From IMG/VR virus record IMGVR_UViG_3300047094_001965: a stretch of DNA of 64,000 bases; one strand, written 5' to 3'. The stretch comes from an uncultured virus (IMG/VR IMGVR_UViG_3300047094_001965). Taxonomy: Duplodnaviria; Heunggongvirae; Uroviricota; Caudoviricetes. The position numbers and the translations under genes are program-made. The notes under the pieces are model-generated. The model was not told where the DNA came from and did not search any database. It saw nothing but the letters and a program-made list of their open reading frames with translations. Shown here piece after piece: positions 17,382 through 25,335 of this stretch (within the stretch, counting starts at the first letter, position 1; the number at the start of each line of letters is the position of its first letter).

Positions 17382-17411
17382 CAAATGTAACCCCAATTCT
17401 GGAAATGCAAA
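17382..17411 (-). promoter_or_regulatory. Bacteroidota promoter driving the ncRNAs
   Basis: minus strand TTTG, 18 nt, TACATTTG. Confidence 0.7.
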
Positions 17412-17418
17412 GTTTTTT

Positions 17419-17643
17419 TTATGACTTCAGGTCAATTACTCCCCAAAAAACGACCTCTCTCGGTTCGTCAGTTGATGGGAACTTGTAGTTAAACGCACTC
17501 TCCACCTTGATAGAATGAGCCAGCCACATCTTGCGCCTGATCAATCCATGCTTACTACGCTCAGGCATATGCTTCCACCGCTTTAGGTAGGTATAGGCCT
17601 TGGTGCCATCTTCGTAACGTCTGCCGTCCCAATACTTGCTCAT
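17419..17643 (-). CDS. hypothetical basic protein
   Basis: ORF with AC-rich leader. Confidence 0.55.
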   Translation of the reverse strand: MSKYWDGRRYEDGTKAYTYLKRWKHMPERSKHGLIRRKMWLAHSIKVESAFNYKFPSTDEPREVVFWGVIDLKS

Positions 17644-17654
17644 TTGTGTGATTT

Positions 17655-17681
17655 AAAAAGGCCAGTATAGACATACCGGCC
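17655..17681 (-). terminator. intrinsic terminator of the xis-tRNA-sponge unit
   Basis: GGCCGGTAT-gtct-ATACTGGCC-TTTTT. Confidence 0.75.
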
Positions 17682-17711
17682 GGTTGTTGATTGAACACTT
17701 AAACTTAATTT

Positions 17712-17939
17712 CTACGCTGTAGCTGCCTTAACAGCCCACATTGCAGCTTGTTCATAAGCGGTTTGCGCCAATGAAGCAAGCCTGGCGTCCTTAGATTTCA
17801 AGCCATCGCAAATGTTAATCAGTTCCGCAGACTTCTGCTTAATCTGATCAACCAGTGAATCATTGGAAGGATTGAAGGTTGTCCTAACTCTATGTTCACC
17901 AACAGAGCTTGTACCGGGAGATTGTGTTGTTTGATCCAT
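17712..17939 (-). CDS. Acb2/Tad1-like helical-hairpin protein (putative nucleotide-signal sponge)
   Basis: 75 aa; VDQIKQKSAELIN...RLASLAQTAYEQAAMWAVKAATA. Confidence 0.7.
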   Translation of the reverse strand: MDQTTQSPGTSSVGEHRVRTTFNPSNDSLVDQIKQKSAELINICDGLKSKDARLASLAQTAYEQAAMWAVKAATA

Positions 17940-17953
17940 AATTAAAAAATTTG

Positions 17954-18024
17954 TTGCGCAGCCCAGAATTGAACTGGGATTACAGGGTTATGAGTCCTGC
18001 GTTCTACCGTTAAACTACTGCGCG
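17954..18024 (-). tRNA. tRNA-Met(CAT), initiator-like
   Basis: cloverleaf; C1.A72 mismatch; CTCATAA loop. Confidence 0.9.
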
Positions 18025-18115
18025 ATATTGCCGGTCTTACCCGGCAGTAGTATGTGACCCACATACAGCGTAATTTCTACATACTGGATGTTTGCACTTT
18101 TATCGCTTATCCTTG

Positions 18116-18188
18116 CGGAATAACGTGGGATCGAACCACAATCTTCGGATTTTCAGTCCGCCGCATAGACCCTCCATGCTCTTATTCC
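18116..18188 (-). tRNA. tRNA-Phe(GAA)
   Basis: GGAATAA/TTATTCC acceptor; CTGAAAA loop; GTTCGA T-loop. Confidence 0.85.
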
Positions 18189-18192
18189 ATAG

Positions 18193-18263
18193 TCGCGTAG
18201 AAAAGGCTCGAACTTTTACTATTAGATTCAAAATCTAATGTGCTACCGTTACACCACTACGCA
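18193..18263 (-). tRNA. tRNA-Gln(TTG)
   Basis: TGCGTAG/CTACGCG; TTAGA-TTTTGAA-TCTAA. Confidence 0.9.
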
Positions 18264-18269
18264 TTATCG

Positions 18270-18340
18270 CACGCAAGGCAGGAATCGAACCCACACCAAC
18301 GGGTTTGGAATCCGTTGTTCTACCGTTAAACTACTCGCGC
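18270..18340 (-). tRNA. tRNA-Trp(CCA)
   Basis: GCGCGAG/CTTGCGT; TTCCAAA loop. Confidence 0.9.
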
Positions 18341-18350
18341 ATTACCAAAG

Positions 18351-18422
18351 AACCAGGTGTCTGGATCGAACAGACGTATAGCGGTTTTGCAGACCGCCGC
18401 GTTTCCACTTCGCCAACCTGGC
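18351..18422 (-). tRNA. tRNA-Cys(GCA)
   Basis: GCCAGGT/ACCTGGT; U73; GCGGT-CTGCAAA-ACCGC. Confidence 0.92.
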
Positions 18423-18424
18423 AT

Positions 18425-18631
18425 TTATAAAGCCAAAGTAGAATGCCTGAGCAATTCCGCTTCGATATCAAACTTGTTATAAAACCGCTTCGCCTTCTGG
18501 TTGATCTGGGTGTAGGCTATTTTCAGTTCCCCGCTGGCAACGTGCTTGCGTAGGATATCCCTGTCATCTATCCCCAGCATCTCTAATGCTTTGGCCTCCG
18601 GTATCCATTCAACTTTTAGCTTTGGAAGCAT
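18425..18631 (-). CDS. xis: excisionase-like (MerR/HTH_17-type) protein
   Basis: WIPEAKALEMLGI...RFYNKFDIE; adjacent to the integrase. Confidence 0.7.
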   Translation of the reverse strand: MLPKLKVEWIPEAKALEMLGIDDRDILRKHVASGELKIAYTQINQKAKRFYNKFDIEAELLRHSTLAL

Positions 18632-18752
18632 AAGGCTAAGTTACATATTGTGTCCCGAGTGAATAAAATATTTTATTCAGTACAGATACAGAATGTATCT
18701 TTATACCCTCATAAGCAGCATTTTTGAATTGGATTTTGATTTTGATTACACG

Positions 18753-18780
18753 AAAAGCCCTGTTTCTACGGGGCTTTTTT
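18753..18780. terminator. bidirectional terminator at the integrase 3' end
   Basis: AAAAGCCC-loop-GGGCTTTTTT. Confidence 0.75.
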
Positions 18781-19840
18781 ATTTGAACATCTTCTCATAC
18801 TCCCTATCGCTGGTAACGTCCACGATCTTGTAATACACCTGGCAGACCCTTACCGTTATCCCCATCAACCTGGCACAGGCCTCCAAGCTCATTACCCTTG
18901 CAGCGCGGACGCCGAAGGTGTGGCGGCTGATATGTGCGCTTAGGTTTTTATCGATGCCGGCGCCGGTAGCTATTTCCTTTAGAACTCGGTTAACGTGGGT
19001 ATTAGTGTAATGGCAGGGCTTGTATTCGATGTTCTCAAACAGCGAACGGACCTTATCAACCACCGGCATAGATACTACCTGTCCTGTTTTGGTAGTGTAG
19101 AGGACGAGGCGGCCACCGCGGATATGTGTCGCATGGTTGAATTGCTGCCAATCTGAGAACCTTAGGCCGATATAGCAGCCGAGAACAAACCACGAAGCAA
19201 TGAATCTAACCTCAGGGCTGGCAGCTGGGTTATACGCGACACTTTCCACCTTCACCAGTTCTTCTTCTTCCAAGTATTCACGGATGGGTGTTTTATACCT
19301 GGGCATGGGATAGGTAGCAAAGATGTATTCGCGGATCTTCTTTTCCTTAAAAGCACGCAGACAGATCATGCGGATAAACTTGAAAGACTTCCAGACCGTG
19401 TTAGATCCGTTGCCCATCTCCCGCATATGTTCTTCGTACCCCTGCAGCAGCTCAGTATCGATATCGGTAAGCAGGATGTCTCCGGCATAGTCCATAAACT
19501 TTTTACGCTCTGTAGCGATCTGCCTCATGGTTCCAGGTCGCTTAGACTTTTCCCAGCGCCGCATCAAGTCTTGCACATAGGCTGCAAAGGGAACCCTTTC
19601 ACTTTTTGCAACAGTTCCCTGCAATAGCTCTCCCTCGATCTGGTTGATTATAGCCCTGAGCCTTTCGTTATACGCTTTGGCCTGGGGATGATCTTTAACA
19701 CGGCCACTGGCAAACTGAGAAGGTGTAACCTTCATCATAGTTGTTCGGAATGTACGGACACCCTTATCTGCTATCCGTATGCAGATTTTGATGCGGCCCT
19801 GATCATCTTTTTTCCCTTTGAGTATAGCCGTTACTTTCAT
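18779..19840 (-). CDS. int: tyrosine integrase (Bacteroidota type, arm-binding N-terminus)
   Basis: GLRFSD, TTKTG, HISRHTFG, C-terminal Tyr (QVYYK). Confidence 0.93.
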   Translation of the reverse strand: MKVTAILKGKKDDQGRIKICIRIADKGVRTFRTTMMKVTPSQFASGRVKDHPQAKAYNERLRAIINQIEGELLQGTVAKSERVPFAAYVQDLMRRWEKSKRPGTMRQIATERKKFMDYAGDILLTDIDTELLQGYEEHMREMGNGSNTVWKSFKFIRMICLRAFKEKKIREYIFATYPMPRYKTPIREYLEEEELVKVESVAYNPAASPEVRFIASWFVLGCYIGLRFSDWQQFNHATHIRGGRLVLYTTKTGQVVSMPVVDKVRSLFENIEYKPCHYTNTHVNRVLKEIATGAGIDKNLSAHISRHTFGVRAARVMSLEACARLMGITVRVCQVYYKIVDVTSDREYEKMFK

Positions 19841-19841
19841 G

Positions 19842-20013
19842 AGGTGCGAAAGGTGCGTTTTGAGGTGCGTTTTTACAGATAAAATACCCTAAAATAACCC
19901 GATAATAAAGCCGAATCGAGGATAACGTAATGCGCTACAACACAGGCCTACAAAGAGAAAGCCCCATAAACAGGGGCTTTCAGCTTTCACAAGGGGTGAT
20001 CCGGCTGGGACTC
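19842..20013. mobile_element. attP: tRNA 3'-end core plus arm-type repeats
   Basis: 19996-20013 reverse complement GAGTCCCAGCCGGATCAC = T-arm/acceptor 3' half of a tRNA; AGGTGCG x3 at 19842, 19851, 19863. Confidence 0.75.
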
Positions 20014-20052
20014 ACCAGGCTATTGATTGTAAATAGGTTACAAAGTGAAGTG

Positions 20053-20385
20053 CTAAAAATTGCCCCATACACGGACGTCTACCTGTTCAGGTGGTACCTG
20101 TTCTTCTCTCACCAGCCAGTTGGTACACACATCGGACCGCAGCCAAAACACAGTATAGTTGTACTTATTTATCGATCCGTATTGATATAGGTTTACATAT
20201 ACCGGCTGGGCGTAGACCATAACCGTATAACCCTTGTCCACAAATTGCTGGCTGGGCATACCCATACGCTGTTTTATCTCGATCTCTGATAATCCTAACA
20301 TTTTCTTTGCGTTTTTTGACGCTATATTCATGGTGGAACACCCAGCGAAAAGCAAGAAAAAAACAGAAATTTGGAATAGTTTCAT
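20053..20385 (-). CDS. lipoprotein co-transcribed with the repressor (possible superinfection exclusion)
   Basis: lipobox FAG-C; GLSEIEIKQRMGMP BamE/OsmE-like pattern. Confidence 0.75.
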   Translation of the reverse strand: MKLFQISVFFLLFAGCSTMNIASKNAKKMLGLSEIEIKQRMGMPSQQFVDKGYTVMVYAQPVYVNLYQYGSINKYNYTVFWLRSDVCTNWLVREEQVPPEQVDVRVWGNF

Positions 20386-20405
20386 ATTGTAAATTTGAAG
20401 AACAT

Positions 20406-20891
20406 CTAAAACCCATTGCCTAATGAATAATGCCTTAACGTCTCCTGTTGTATCTTTTGCAATTCTACACGCAACGCTTCTGCCAGCCGCCTGGAAACAT
20501 CTTGCTCAGTCTGACTATTCACCTTCGCAGACACCCGAGACACCTCCACAAGACCAACCTTTGCATAAGCCTCCAACATTAAAAGCTTATCGCCAACCAA
20601 TTGTTCAAGATGACGGATCCGCACAAGTTGTGATTCAATAAGTTGGTCCTGTAAGTTTTGAATTTTACGGGTATTGTCTCTCTCCGAGATAAGGGGTACG
20701 ATCTCTCCACTGTCATTCAGGACAAGGTTATTGTCCCTGAGGTAAGAAACCAGGATGGATGAAGTGCGCGGCGTCAACTCATGCTTCCCAGATTCCAACT
20801 TTGCCACCATAGAACGCGAAATGTGTAATACTTCCGCCATCTCATCCTGGTTAAGCCCGAGATAGTCCCGGATTGTACGCAGGTTGATCAT
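20406..20891 (-). CDS. XRE-family immunity repressor
   Basis: LRTIRDYLGLNQDEMAEVLHISRSMVAKLESG; divergent from the Cro-like gene. Confidence 0.85.
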   Translation of the reverse strand: MINLRTIRDYLGLNQDEMAEVLHISRSMVAKLESGKHELTPRTSSILVSYLRDNNLVLNDSGEIVPLISERDNTRKIQNLQDQLIESQLVRIRHLEQLVGDKLLMLEAYAKVGLVEVSRVSAKVNSQTEQDVSRRLAEALRVELQKIQQETLRHYSLGNGF

Positions 20892-20963
20892 TTTTCGTGA
20901 TTTATATTACTAAACTAAGTAATTTATATCATACAGGGAAAATATTTTTTGTTAAAAGTGATT

Positions 20964-20991
20964 ATGTAGCAATATTTCTACATTATATTTG
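20964..20991 (+). promoter_or_regulatory. lytic promoter -7 box with adjacent operator-like palindrome
   Basis: ATGTAG-N8-CTACAT (20964-83) immediately followed by TATATTTG (20984-91). Confidence 0.7.
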
Positions 20992-21015
20992 CCTTAGAGT
21001 ATAACAGTTACACAA

Positions 21016-21210
21016 ATGAGTGAATTATTGACGACCAAGCAGCTGGCAGAAAAACTACAACTGAGTTATTCCATGGTCTGGAAGATGATCAGGAATAAAG
21101 AGATCCCATACATCTTGGTTGGTAAGAATTACAGGTTCGAGTATGACAAGGTTATGGATCAACTTAAAAAAAATACTGCCGATAAGGCTGAAAGCAAATT
21201 GCCCTCATAA
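21016..21210 (+). CDS. Cro-like HTH_17 DNA-binding protein
   Basis: LLTTKQLAEKLQLSYSMVWKMIRNKEIP..VGKNYRF. Confidence 0.85.
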   Translation: MSELLTTKQLAEKLQLSYSMVWKMIRNKEIPYILVGKNYRFEYDKVMDQLKKNTADKAESKLPS

Positions 21211-21284
21211 AGGTCAATTTTTCGTGATTTACACCCCGGTATTTCTATACTGGGGACTTTTTAAAACCACACAAACTAAAATAC

Positions 21285-21956
21285 ATGGGATCGTTTCAAA
21301 ACACAAGAGCAAGGTACTTCTACATTAATTCGGGTAAGCTGTCCTACAACGCAGGGGATCAAACAACCCCCAACTGGCAGACACTGGAAAACTTCATGGG
21401 CTACCTCACAGACATTTCATTTAAGCACGTAGAGGCTAATCCAGACAAGAACCTTGCCGCCTACGAAGCCCTTCACATACATCTGGATGATGGACAGGAA
21501 AAGGCTGTGCTCATCTGCAAGTTTGAATCAGGCTACGGCCGCGCCTTCGCCAAGATCATCGGCAATGCGGACCTTGCCCAGCAAATTGGTATCCAGCCCA
21601 CCTTCAAGATCGAAAACGCCCAGAAGATTGCCGGCATGATGATCAAACAAGGCAATGACTGGCTGAAGTGGATGTGGACCAAAGACAACCCAGGCGAATG
21701 TCCACCCGCAGTTAAGCACGTCATCGGGACAAAGGAGATCATCGACTACTCAGAGCAGATGTTGTTCCTTAAAAACTTCCTGCTTAACACGATCAAGCCG
21801 AAGCTCGGCGCCGCACCTGCAGCAGCGCACCCGTTGATGGCCGGAACCTCCGATATCCAACAGGCTGCCGATAAGATGGCTGAAACAAACAAGGGCTTCC
21901 AGCCTGTGCAAACTTCTGAAGATCCCGATGGAATCGCGGACGATCTTCCATTCTAA
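21285..21956 (+). CDS. putative single-stranded DNA-binding protein
   Basis: acidic C-terminal DDLPF tail. Confidence 0.65.
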   Translation: MGSFQNTRARYFYINSGKLSYNAGDQTTPNWQTLENFMGYLTDISFKHVEANPDKNLAAYEALHIHLDDGQEKAVLICKFESGYGRAFAKIIGNADLAQQIGIQPTFKIENAQKIAGMMIKQGNDWLKWMWTKDNPGECPPAVKHVIGTKEIIDYSEQMLFLKNFLLNTIKPKLGAAPAAAHPLMAGTSDIQQAADKMAETNKGFQPVQTSEDPDGIADDLPF

Positions 21957-21989
21957 GACACAATATGTAACCTTCTAAATATAAAAGCC

Positions 21990-22361
21990 ATGTTTACAAA
22001 AAACAATTTCCATCAAGGAGACAGCCAATTTTTCGGGATTAACGCAGTGCCAAAGGGAGCAAAAAAAATTAAAAAGAAATACATCGCAGCCTCAGAGCGA
22101 AGCGGCTCTTTTCATGCCTTATTCGGTAATTACGATATGTATGAACACGAGGAAGGCTTTGTAATTGAGGCGCACGAGGAGTGTATTCTTAACCACAGCC
22201 TTCAGTCATTGCTTCAGGGAATAGGCGTATCGCTTGACAAAGCCCAAGTGATTGACAAGAAAGATCATAGGCATAGCGTAATACCTAAAGGTGTTTACTT
22301 CGTAGGCATCCAACAAAGGTTTGATCCACTCGCAGGTATTAAAAAACGTGTTCAAGACTAA
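21990..22361 (+). CDS. conserved phage protein, partner of DUF6745-like gene
   Basis: HQGD...SGSFHAL...DH..IPKGVY.V..QQRFDP. Confidence 0.75.
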   Translation: MFTKNNFHQGDSQFFGINAVPKGAKKIKKKYIAASERSGSFHALFGNYDMYEHEEGFVIEAHEECILNHSLQSLLQGIGVSLDKAQVIDKKDHRHSVIPKGVYFVGIQQRFDPLAGIKKRVQD

Positions 22362-22364
22362 TAT

Positions 22365-23627
22365 ATGAAGACGCTAAAAGACTTTACCCCCGAAATACAA
22401 GCCAAGATTCCAGAGTACCAAGCCAAAGCCTTAGATGGCGTAATGGATGGAAGAAGATACAGGGATTTCGATATTGAAAAAGCAAAGGCTGCCGTTTATC
22501 ACAACTACGAGGCTTGCGGGTATAAAAGGCCATTGGTGCTTTGGGTAGACAACCCATTGGAGCAACAGGTTATGTTTAACTATATCTGCGCTTTGTTTGG
22601 TGAAAATAAAGAGTTGCACAGCCAGTTGCACAGCCAGTTGCGCAGCCAGTTGCGCAGCCAGTTGCACAGCCAGTTGGACAGCCAGTTGCACAGCCAGTTG
22701 GACAGCCAGTTGCACAGCCAGTTGCACAGCCAGTTGCACAGCCAGTTGGACAGCCAGTTGCACAGCCAGTTGCACAGCCAGTTGCACAGCCAGTTGCGCA
22801 GCCAGTTGCGCAGCCAGTTGCGCAGCCAGTTGCACAGCCAGTTGGACAGCCAGTTGCACAGCCAGTTGGACAGCCAGTTGCACAGCCAGTTGGGAAAATA
22901 TAATTATAACTACTTATTCACACTAAACGTGTACAGCGATTGTTACTATACATGGTTCAACTTCATACACGAGCAGTTTCAACTGCCGATTGACGATAAA
23001 ACAAAGAATCTTTTTGACATAACATTCAAACTGCAAAGAGAATCTGGCCTTTATTCATGCATTTTTTCAGAGGCGGTTGCGGTGGTTTGCAAGTATCCAC
23101 AAAAAGTACATCAATCAGGGCCAGAGTACAACCTTCACAACTGCAATGGAAACGCAGTAGAATGGGGGCACTCTTTTATGCGTTTTGATTGCTGTTATGT
23201 AAATGGAAGGAATATCAGCAGTGAGCTTTTTGCAAAAATTGACACCATAACTTTTGACGAGTTTTTGAAGCTGAAAAACGAAGAAGATAAGGCTGCAATT
23301 ATCACAGTAAAAAAAGAAAGACACGGCAACAATCACGTACTTTTTTTCTTGGGTGCGAAAGTTGTAGACGAGCAAGAAATAGTACACGAAACGTCAAAAG
23401 AAATCCAAAGGCTTTACAAAACCAAGAAAAGGTTTGAGTGGGCAAATGACAGCAAGGGAAATAGTAATGTACAACTCGCCTGGAATGAAATGCAATGCCC
23501 ATCTACGGGACAGACTTACTTAATTGAAACCTGTCCAACGTTCAACAGTGTAGTGGAATCGGCTAAGTGGCTGAGGCCGTCATTTGTCCCTAATTCAGTA
23601 CCCTATCATTGGCAATCAGCAAACTAA
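22365..23627 (+). CDS. DUF6745-like protein with L[HRD]SQ tetrapeptide array
   Basis: WVDNP...repeat...LHNCNGNAVEW...MQCPSTGQTY. Confidence 0.8.
   Translation: MKTLKDFTPEIQAKIPEYQAKALDGVMDGRRYRDFDIEKAKAAVYHNYEACGYKRPLVLWVDNPLEQQVMFNYICALFGENKELHSQLHSQLRSQLRSQLHSQLDSQLHSQLDSQLHSQLHSQLHSQLDSQLHSQLHSQLHSQLRSQLRSQLRSQLHSQLDSQLHSQLDSQLHSQLGKYNYNYLFTLNVYSDCYYTWFNFIHEQFQLPIDDKTKNLFDITFKLQRESGLYSCIFSEAVAVVCKYPQKVHQSGPEYNLHNCNGNAVEWGHSFMRFDCCYVNGRNISSELFAKIDTITFDEFLKLKNEEDKAAIITVKKERHGNNHVLFFLGAKVVDEQEIVHETSKEIQRLYKTKKRFEWANDSKGNSNVQLAWNEMQCPSTGQTYLIETCPTFNSVVESAKWLRPSFVPNSVPYHWQSAN
22614..22889 (+). repeat. 12-bp tandem repeat x23
   Basis: TTG-[CAC/CGC/GAC]-AGC-CAG with no synonymous variation. Confidence 0.97.
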
Positions 23628-23633
23628 TAACTC

Positions 23634-24311
23634 ATGATCCTGAAAACCGAATTCTACACCATCATGGACAGAGCTATAGCCATCAAGCGGGATAAATACC
23701 AGCGCTGGCCAGTCCATGTGGTGGCGCAAGCTGGTAAGGTATTCCACAAGTCCGGAGAACTGATGAAGGCCGCAAGTGAGTATAAATACGAGAAGGCGGA
23801 AGGCTTGGAACAGTCCAAAGAGCAGCACGATGCCATGGAAACACTGTGCTTGGAAACTATTGCTACCTGCCTTCGATTCTTGGAAAAGAGAAGGCCATTC
23901 TCCCACCCTGATCTTCCGGCAGCAGAGCCAGACCCTGAACTACAGCAGGCTATTGATTACCAACCGCCTATGGAAACAACTGAAGGGATGGATCATTACA
24001 TTAAACATTTAGGAGTGCCAGATGAAGTGGGACGGTTTTCTACTGAAGAAGTAAAGGCTATTAATTTATTTCAATCAGGTAACATCAGAAAGGTTGTAGG
24101 ACCGGGATTGAAAGTAGTGGAAACCGACACGGATTTTATCATCTCAACCCAAGACGACCCAAAAGCACCAGGCATCTGGGAGCGCCAATTCCCTGAAAAT
24201 CCACCAAGCAACGGGCTTGAATTGGATGAAATCACCCCAGAACAATTGGAACAAGCTGCACTATTGCTGGATGAGCCGGATCACACATTTACAGAAAAAA
24301 ACCCTGAATAA
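23634..24311 (+). CDS. hypothetical protein, MazG-like N-terminal helices possible
   Basis: SGELMKAA...ETIATCLRFLE; acidic C-terminal half. Confidence 0.6.
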   Translation: MILKTEFYTIMDRAIAIKRDKYQRWPVHVVAQAGKVFHKSGELMKAASEYKYEKAEGLEQSKEQHDAMETLCLETIATCLRFLEKRRPFSHPDLPAAEPDPELQQAIDYQPPMETTEGMDHYIKHLGVPDEVGRFSTEEVKAINLFQSGNIRKVVGPGLKVVETDTDFIISTQDDPKAPGIWERQFPENPPSNGLELDEITPEQLEQAALLLDEPDHTFTEKNPE

Positions 24312-24313
24312 CT

Positions 24314-24535
24314 ATGGCTATCAAAACACAAAAAACCTGGCTGGAAGTAAGGTTTACAGAAGGTGAGGTAAGCGTTCAACTCGCTATCAACTACGAGAAA
24401 AAAACATTCTATATCTCCCACGGAAGCAATAATCAGAATGTAACCTTTAAAGGTAATGAAGGCGATTTAGTGGAAGCCTACACCAGACATCAACTTGTAG
24501 GCGCAGCACTGGATTATGCCAACAAACAATTGTAA
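24314..24535 (+). CDS. hypothetical protein
   Basis: operon ORF. Confidence 0.7.
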   Translation: MAIKTQKTWLEVRFTEGEVSVQLAINYEKKTFYISHGSNNQNVTFKGNEGDLVEAYTRHQLVGAALDYANKQL

Positions 24536-24540
24536 CACCT

Positions 24541-24933
24541 ATGCTTGCCGGCTTTGAAGATATAACCCAAGACCTTAACGAATACGAGGAACAAAAGTTG
24601 CTCCCGTTGTTCGTATCCTCACTGGCCTGGCGGCGCGGGAAGGCAAATGCGATCACCAACAAGCAAATCGTGCAGATACTCAAAGACAGGAGTATTATCG
24701 TTACAGATGTTCAGGTCTGTAAGATCATCTCCCATATCCGCACCAACTGCCTGGTAGAAGGGTTGCTGGCCAGTAGCTCAGGCTATTGGGTGTCTGAAGA
24801 TCCACGCGAGATAGAAAAGTATCAGGACAGCTTGAAAGGGCGGATATTCAGGATGAAGAACATTGACGCCAAGATGGAGAGATATAAACAACAACTCATC
24901 CACAAGAATGTGAAGCAAGAATCTATTTTTTAA
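24541..24933 (+). CDS. winged-HTH protein
   Basis: GKANAITNKQI...VCKIISHIR...LASSSGYW. Confidence 0.75.
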   Translation: MLAGFEDITQDLNEYEEQKLLPLFVSSLAWRRGKANAITNKQIVQILKDRSIIVTDVQVCKIISHIRTNCLVEGLLASSSGYWVSEDPREIEKYQDSLKGRIFRMKNIDAKMERYKQQLIHKNVKQESIF

Positions 24934-24951
24934 CCACAATACCACACCACT

Positions 24952-25335
24952 ATGCCAAAAATCAAAATCGACCTCGCCAAGGTTGTAGACTACCTGAAAG
25001 AAAACGCAGGAAAGAAACACATCTACGAGATGTGCAACGAACTCAATCTTTCTTTTTCCTTTGTTCAGAAAGTCGCCAAGTCCCAAGGGATTGACACATC
25101 CCTTACAAGGAGCAGAAGTAAGCAGTACCAGGACTCCATCAAGGAGATGCACGAGGCCGGGATGTCTCTGTATGAAATCTCTAAGGCTTTAGGAATACAT
25201 TACAACTCCGCCGTGTACCACGCTTTTAAAGCAGGGTTACATATTGTATCCGTGAGTAACAACATGAACACCACCACCCCCAAAGAGCAGACAGGATATT
25301 TCAACGTGAGAGCAAGGGAGAACTGGTTGATATGA
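24952..25335 (+). CDS. double-HTH protein
   Basis: GMSLYEISKALGIHYNSAVY. Confidence 0.7.
   Translation: MPKIKIDLAKVVDYLKENAGKKHIYEMCNELNLSFSFVQKVAKSQGIDTSLTRSRSKQYQDSIKEMHEAGMSLYEISKALGIHYNSAVYHAFKAGLHIVSVSNNMNTTTPKEQTGYFNVRARENWLI

Noticed and set aside
17440..17480. Second hammerhead (CTGACGA on the minus strand)
   Set aside because: A stem II-like hairpin is present but the GAAA core and stems I/III are missing
18025..18115. HDV-like theta ribozyme after the tRNAs
   Set aside because: Only simple hairpins (GTATGTG/CACATAC; GCCGG-gtaaga-CCGGC); no nested double pseudoknot found
22614..22889. Tandem array as a CRISPR
   Set aside because: Contiguous 12-bp units with no spacers, in frame within a CDS; no cas genes
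22431..22926. Alternative-frame ORFs (VQLA and CTAS repeats)
   Set aside because: By-products of the stop-free repeat
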